A stretch of 64,000 bases of DNA from Candidatus Micrarchaeia archaeon. GTDB taxonomy: Archaea > Micrarchaeota > Micrarchaeia > CAILAH01. Position numbers and translations under genes: made by a program. Shown here piece after piece: positions 58,789 through 64,000 of the stretch (its first letter is position 1; each line of letters opens with the position of its first letter). The stretch is taken from the NCBI GenBank assembly GCA_038874595.1, contig JAVZCB010000004.1, forward strand, positions 1 to 64,000. The letters run 5' to 3'. The notes below the pieces were generated by a model. That model was not told the origin of the DNA. It was given only the letters and a program-made list of their open reading frames with translations, and ran no database searches.

Positions 58789-58958
58789 AAAATGTATTTG
58801 GAGAAATTTAATATAAATCTACCATATGCTCGCAGCCCGCGGCCGCGCACTCAGTCACATATATTTATATGTTTCCTATTTGATGGGCCACTAAGGGAAT
58901 ATTATTATTATTTAAAGGTTTTGAGAAATATATCCTGCAAGCTATAGAGGGATTGCCA

Positions 58959-59240
58959 ATGGAATATACAAAAGAGGACCTTATGGGGGTTATTCCTATA
59001 AAAAGTGCAACAAGTGGCTCTGCATTCACAAGGGTTAAGCAGCAAAGGGCAATATTTGACAAGTTTGGTGCAGAAGGGGTTTCAATCTATGCATCAATCA
59101 ATGGTAAAAAAAGCGTTGAGGAAATCCGTGCTGATTTGAACATGACTGCAAGCAGAATCGTTGAGATACTTGAGTTCATGGAAAGGGAAGGTGTGATACA
59201 GCTAAAGACAATTTTTGAGATTGAGTCGGAAAGGAACTAA
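58959..59240 (+). CDS. Small winged-helix-like protein
   Basis: KFGAEGVSIYASINGKKSVEEI...ILEFMEREGVI. Confidence 0.7.
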   Translation: MEYTKEDLMGVIPIKSATSGSAFTRVKQQRAIFDKFGAEGVSIYASINGKKSVEEIRADLNMTASRIVEILEFMEREGVIQLKTIFEIESERN

Positions 59241-59255
59241 GCGGAGTTCTGATGT

Positions 59256-61421
59256 ATGATGCCTTCTGAAATAAGGATTACATTGGGAAAAATGGACCAA
59301 CTATCGCAGTACAAGCTCAAGTTAGAGGTTAGTAAAAAGTTTGGAAATGACGGCCTTAAAATTTATAACTTGCTTGAGAAATCAACTGATTTTGAGCTCC
59401 TGCGCAAAGGCGCCGGGCTTGATGATGACAGGTTGTACAGGATACTTGCTTTCATGGCCCGTGTAGGGTTGATTAGTGTAGAGGGGCTACCAAAAAAATA
59501 CCTGGAGGAAAGCCCTATTACAGAAGGCTTGGTTGTTGGTGTTGCACCTGCCGAGTCACTTATGCGTTTCAGGCATCAAAAGGCGCTTTTCAAGGAGTTC
59601 TCTTCAGATGGGATTAAGGTTTACGAGTATATTCGTAGCACTGAATCCACATTTGACAGGATTTCACGGGACCTTGGGATTGAACCAGAAAAAGTAAAAG
59701 AAATCCTGGACTTTATGATATCAAATGGTATTGCGTATTCAAAACAAGTAAGCCCCGCAAAGGCCCCAGAAAAAGAGTTAGAGAAACCAAAAGAAACAAT
59801 TGAAGAGGCAGCACTGCCTAAGGCCAAGGTGGAAGAAAAGATTTCTTTGGAAACCAAAAAGCCGCCTGCACAACCAAGCGGAAGGGAGATGGCAAAAGCA
59901 GCACAGCCTCCTGAAACTATCCAAGAATTTAGAAGTGAAAAAGCTATTGATGAAAGTGCTGAATATAGGATTGCAGATTTACCGCTTGCTGAAAGATATA
60001 ACATACAAAAAGAGATGCTTGACAAATTTGGCGCGGACGGATTGAAGGTTTATTCCTTGTTTACCATCCCTTCAACTGTTGCTAAGGTCGTGGAGCTTTC
60101 AGGAATTAGCAGGGAAAGAGTAATAGAGATTGCCGGAAAAATGCTTGAGAAGAAATATCTGACTACTAAAGAGAAGGTTATAACAGGTGAAGAAAAGCAG
60201 CTAGCGGAAAGGACCACAAAAAAAGAAGAGGCGATGCCAGAGGTACCAAAAGAGAAAACGATTGTTGAAGAGAAGAAGATAGAAATTAAGCCTGTTGAAT
60301 TGGAAAAAGAAAAGGAAGAAAGGCGTGTTGAGACTAAGGAAAAAACCAAACCTCTTAAATACGAAGAGAAAGAGGAGGAAATCAAACCCGTTGAGCTTGA
60401 AGAGGGAGAAAAGCTACCTGAGATTGAAGAGGAGATAACACAGCCAGAAACGGAGGAGAAGGAGGAGTTGCCAGCTGAGGAAGAGGAGGAGATTCAACCC
60501 CCGGAAGAAGAGGTGGAGGAAAAACCTGCTGGTGAAAAGGGAGAGGAAGAAATTCAGCTCCCGGAGATAGAAGAAGAAATAACCGCTCCAGAAATAACCG
60601 AAGAAGAGAGCGAAGAAAATAAAGCACCTGCTAAAGAAGAGCTCAGCCAATTTGAGAAGATAATAAAAGATGAGTACGGCTCCAAGGGACTTCTTGTGTA
60701 CAGGCTTATAGATGGCAAAAGAACTGCTGAAGAGATAATGAAAGAGGCAAATGTGGATGAGGAATTCATAATAGAATTTTTCGGCTTCCTTGAAAACAGA
60801 GGGATTATCAGGCTTGAGAAACCTAAGGGTGAGCAAGTCAAGGAGGAAATTGAAACAGAAGAAAAAATGCCTATCTCTGAAAGTTTTGCTGCACAGCCAC
60901 TCACTGAGAATATTAAAGTTCCAAAGAAGGAAATCATAATACTTGATGTTATCCCGCTCGATGTCCCAATCCTGCAAAAGATGCCATTGCCTGCAAGGAT
61001 GTCGCTTGAGGCAAAACTTCTTGCAAAGTTTGGGCCGCGTGCGCTCAGGATACTAAACAGGATTGATAATGAGAGCGATATAGTAAAAATTGCCATAGAG
61101 AATGCAATAGACCTGGATGAGCTTGATGAGATTTTATACGCGATAAGCAATAGCGGTGGCTGCACGTTTGCGACGCTCAGTGAAGATGATATAAAGAGGA
61201 GATATGGTGATGAAGCACTAAAAATATATAAGAAGTACGGGCGGGAAGGCGTAATCATATATGAACTTATAGGCAAAATGGACTCGCTTAAAAAGATGGT
61301 TTCTTTTGCAAAGGTTGACCCAAAGAAAGCTGTTGAAATTATTGTGGACATAAACGAGTTGCTCGGTATAGAAGGAGTAACAAAGAAGGACCTGTACGCG
61401 GAGCTCGGGCTTCGGGAGTAG
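59256..61421 (+). CDS. Tandem winged-helix-repeat protein with Glu/Pro-rich linkers
   Basis: About six (K/E)(F/Y)GxxGxx(I/V)Y repeats and acidic EEEIQ.PE repeats. Confidence 0.75.
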   Translation: MMPSEIRITLGKMDQLSQYKLKLEVSKKFGNDGLKIYNLLEKSTDFELLRKGAGLDDDRLYRILAFMARVGLISVEGLPKKYLEESPITEGLVVGVAPAESLMRFRHQKALFKEFSSDGIKVYEYIRSTESTFDRISRDLGIEPEKVKEILDFMISNGIAYSKQVSPAKAPEKELEKPKETIEEAALPKAKVEEKISLETKKPPAQPSGREMAKAAQPPETIQEFRSEKAIDESAEYRIADLPLAERYNIQKEMLDKFGADGLKVYSLFTIPSTVAKVVELSGISRERVIEIAGKMLEKKYLTTKEKVITGEEKQLAERTTKKEEAMPEVPKEKTIVEEKKIEIKPVELEKEKEERRVETKEKTKPLKYEEKEEEIKPVELEEGEKLPEIEEEITQPETEEKEELPAEEEEEIQPPEEEVEEKPAGEKGEEEIQLPEIEEEITAPEITEEESEENKAPAKEELSQFEKIIKDEYGSKGLLVYRLIDGKRTAEEIMKEANVDEEFIIEFFGFLENRGIIRLEKPKGEQVKEEIETEEKMPISESFAAQPLTENIKVPKKEIIILDVIPLDVPILQKMPLPARMSLEAKLLAKFGPRALRILNRIDNESDIVKIAIENAIDLDELDEILYAISNSGGCTFATLSEDDIKRRYGDEALKIYKKYGREGVIIYELIGKMDSLKKMVSFAKVDPKKAVEIIVDINELLGIEGVTKKDLYAELGLRE

Positions 61422-61473
61422 CAAAGGAACCTTTTTATTCGTTTCCTATTCTAAAATAGCCATTGGTGTTTAT

Positions 61474-61854
61474 ATGGACCAGTTTCACGGGCGTTCGATG
61501 ACAAACCCGCGCGGCGGGAAAAAGGTTCCCAACAGGGATAAGAGGAAATATGAATGTGGAGGGTATTTTGCAGCACCGAAAATTGGTGAGGATATTCGCG
61601 AGAAGTACAGGTGCCGTGGCGGTAACCTGAAAATCCAGCTTAAGCAGGTGCAGTACGCAAATGTGGACGTTGACAAAGGCAGGGTTGTAAGGGCAAAGAT
61701 TATCAAAGTCAATTCAACACCAGATAATAGGAACTATGCTAGGCAGGGCCTCATTACAAAAGGGTCACTGCTGACAACAGAGGTTGGCGAGGTTGTGGTG
61801 CAAAACAGGCCATCACAGCATGGTGTTGTAAACGCGAAGCTTGTAAAAAAATAA
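61474..61854 (+). CDS. rps8e: 30S ribosomal protein S8e
   Basis: GGK....DKRKYE.G, R.RGGN.K, NYARQGLITKG, RPSQHGVVNA. Confidence 0.95.
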   Translation: MDQFHGRSMTNPRGGKKVPNRDKRKYECGGYFAAPKIGEDIREKYRCRGGNLKIQLKQVQYANVDVDKGRVVRAKIIKVNSTPDNRNYARQGLITKGSLLTTEVGEVVVQNRPSQHGVVNAKLVKK

Positions 61855-61909
61855 TCTATTTTTATATAAACCCCTATGTTTGTAAAAGCAGATATAGAAA
61901 TATTTATAA

Positions 61910-64000
61910 ATGGGTTTCCTTCTAACTGCATCTGGTGCTAGTGTGAAAACTAAGGAAGAGGTTCTTAAAGAAATAGACGCTGTAAAAAAGATGCTGTTTG
62001 AAGTATCTTCAATAATCATTAAGGATGCAAAGGTATCAACTGGCCTCCCGGAAGATAAGGCGGCTGAAATACAACAAGGCGTAGATAAGATAAAAGAACG
62101 CGTTGATAGCATCTTGTGCGATTACTGTGACTTGAACAGGGACCAAAACATAGCCTCTGAGCTGAGCCTGCTCGCAGGTTCCATAGATTTCAAGATAGAT
62201 TACATACAAGAGGAAGTGCAAAAGTTCCCGGAGGACCGAGCACTTTTAGCATTTATGGGCTTGAATGCGTGCAGGGCGAGCATTGAAGATGTGTTAAAAG
62301 GAGGCATCCCCGCCACCCCAAAAAAACAAGCCATTGACGAGTTTGATGTGCTCACGAACGGGACAAAAAATGAAAAGCTCAGCTTTCTCTTTAATCTTAA
62401 TGGTGATGTGCTTACTGATGAGCAGACGCTTAAGCTGATTAAGGCATATGAGAAGGAGAAGGACGTGGATGTTTCTGCAATGCTAAAAGAGTACATAAAC
62501 CTAAAACTCAATGCTGACTCTTTTATATACACAAAGAAACTTATGCAAAGCGATAAGAAGGAGGATAGGCTTGAAGGCCTGCTATACCTGCGCGGTATGA
62601 GCACAAAACATTCCGCAGTGGTAGATTTGTTGCTTTCATCCTACCTTAATGAAGAGGATGTACAAGTAAGAAACGTAATGATGGATATGATAACGCGGCG
62701 GCTTGGCCCTTCGGCGCTTATTTATTTTGCAAAAAAGACTAATGATGCAGAGCACCACCGAAAGCTTGCAGCGCTATTACCGGTGTCAAAGGAACTTGTG
62801 GAGAAGGTATGGGATAGTGCTTCTGATGGAAATCCAAACCTACAAAAGTTTTTGGAAGAGCTAAGAAACCGTATGCTTATTGCAGAAAATAAGAATGCAC
62901 TTCCAATGAGCAAGACAGACAAATATGCAATAGCTGATAGGCCAGATAAAGAAAAGATACTATCTGAAATAAGGCAGAACTTGGCGCCGTATGGAGAAGC
63001 TATTGCTGCGGCGCTTGCAAAAGGTGCCACACTGCAACAGATTTCAGAGAATGCGAAAATCGGGCTTACAAATGCTATAAGAATTGTGCAGGATCTTATG
63101 CTCTGCAATTATGTGGTAAGAAAAGGCAGAAATGCGGAAGAGATCGACGAGCTGCTTGCCGAGATTGAAAAAGAGAAACGGACTACGTTTCTTATGGAGT
63201 ATATAAAAAACACCTCACTGCCTAGTATAGTAAGAATGGCTGCTGGGAGAAAGTGTATCAAAATTTATGCTGACACGGGCATGCACCTCAAACTTGAAGA
63301 GATGTGTGCAAGCCTTCCAGATATACCTGAAGCTATAAAAATTGAGGCCGGGAAGCGTGTCATTGAAATATACAGCCAGAAAGGGTGGGACCGCCGCATA
63401 GCTGACTTTGGCAAGAAAGCAGATAATGGCCTGATGCCTAAAATTGTGCTTGATGAAATCCAGAGGATAATAACGAATACAAGCCCCTCAGCGGATGCAT
63501 ACGATAACAAAACTGCTGAAATAACAAAAAGCGCAAATGAGACCTTATTTGAGAGCGTGTTTGAGCCAGTGGGGAATGGTGATGGGTATGAGAAAGATGC
63601 TGAAAACAATGCTCCAATAAAGAAGGTTGTAACTGCAAAAATACCTATAACTGTGGATATGGTGCGAGAGGTGGAGGCATCTGAAGATTCAAGCAGCGCC
63701 TATGAGGCAAACACCAATGATAAAACAGAAAAACCGCCCCTAGCTGCGGATGAAGCGGAATCTAAAAAGATGGAGCCTGGGGCAGCTGGTATGTTGGGAA
63801 GTGCTGATACCTCCAAAAGTGGTGTTACCGAGAAAACATCTGGCCAGGAGAATAGCGCGGGGCCCTCTGAGCTTCAGGCTGATCATAGCGAAATGGCCAA
63901 TGCCAATGAAAACCGCACTGAAAATCCCACAATACCTGGATTGGCCAGCCCAGATGCAGGGCAAGCTTTAGACCTATCTCCTTCTGCTACAAATGAGGAG
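61910..64000 (+). CDS. Large hypothetical protein (partial; helical/HEAT-like region then low-complexity tail; not in the ORF track)
   Basis: Manual translation MGFLLTASGASVKTKEEVLKEIDAVKK...; the same frame reads ...DLSPSATNEE at the window end (697 codons). The track lists mostly antisense shadow ORFs here. Confidence 0.75.
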   Translation, partial: MGFLLTASGASVKTKEEVLKEIDAVKKMLFEVSSIIIKDAKVSTGLPEDKAAEIQQGVDKIKERVDSILCDYCDLNRDQNIASELSLLAGSIDFKIDYIQEEVQKFPEDRALLAFMGLNACRASIEDVLKGGIPATPKKQAIDEFDVLTNGTKNEKLSFLFNLNGDVLTDEQTLKLIKAYEKEKDVDVSAMLKEYINLKLNADSFIYTKKLMQSDKKEDRLEGLLYLRGMSTKHSAVVDLLLSSYLNEEDVQVRNVMMDMITRRLGPSALIYFAKKTNDAEHHRKLAALLPVSKELVEKVWDSASDGNPNLQKFLEELRNRMLIAENKNALPMSKTDKYAIADRPDKEKILSEIRQNLAPYGEAIAAALAKGATLQQISENAKIGLTNAIRIVQDLMLCNYVVRKGRNAEEIDELLAEIEKEKRTTFLMEYIKNTSLPSIVRMAAGRKCIKIYADTGMHLKLEEMCASLPDIPEAIKIEAGKRVIEIYSQKGWDRRIADFGKKADNGLMPKIVLDEIQRIITNTSPSADAYDNKTAEITKSANETLFESVFEPVGNGDGYEKDAENNAPIKKVVTAKIPITVDMVREVEASEDSSSAYEANTNDKTEKPPLAADEAESKKMEPGAAGMLGSADTSKSGVTEKTSGQENSAGPSELQADHSEMANANENRTENPTIPGLASPDAGQALDLSPSATNEE

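Noticed and set aside
60360-60620. DNA tandem repeat in the GAA/GAG-rich stretch
   Set aside because: Explained by the Glu-rich low-complexity protein linker; the units are degenerate at the DNA level.
1-64000. tRNA, rRNA, IS elements, inteins
   Set aside because: No cloverleaf/T-loop pattern in the short intergenic gaps, no transposase-like ORF, and recognised proteins have normal lengths. Checked by eye only; tRNAscan-SE and Infernal would be decisive.

Overview
Gene-dense archaeal chromosomal segment. Archaeal markers include PCNA, aRF1, PriL, Dph5, Trm56, NreA, archaeal-type ThrRS and MAT, AglB and eS8. The many lineage-specific surface proteins and VirB2-type pilins suggest a DPANN archaeon, most likely Micrarchaeota (inference). 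I recognised no rRNA, tRNA, CRISPR array, transposase or integrase. Two long ORFs missing from the supplied track run off the window ends (<1..680 minus; 61910..>64000 plus). The main candidate systems are: (1) a dispersed conjugation/Ced-Ted-like contact apparatus, made of an operon of at least four paralogous VirB6/CedA-like membrane proteins, a divergent 1212-aa membrane-anchored coiled-coil protein, two tandem VirB2/TrbC-like pilins with a gene-conversion signature next to two GT-C glycosyltransferases and a polyprenol-P-mannose synthase, and an orphan VirB11/TadA-type ATPase; (2) a small accessory cassette with an anticodon-domain-less class I LysRS paralog, two different ASCH proteins and a decayed dCMP-deaminase-like gene, possibly a nucleotide/RNA-modification or defence module; (3) a secreted protein with an outer-membrane-like beta-barrel C-terminus, and a tandem winged-helix repeat family. 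All family assignments come from motif recognition by eye, not from database searches.
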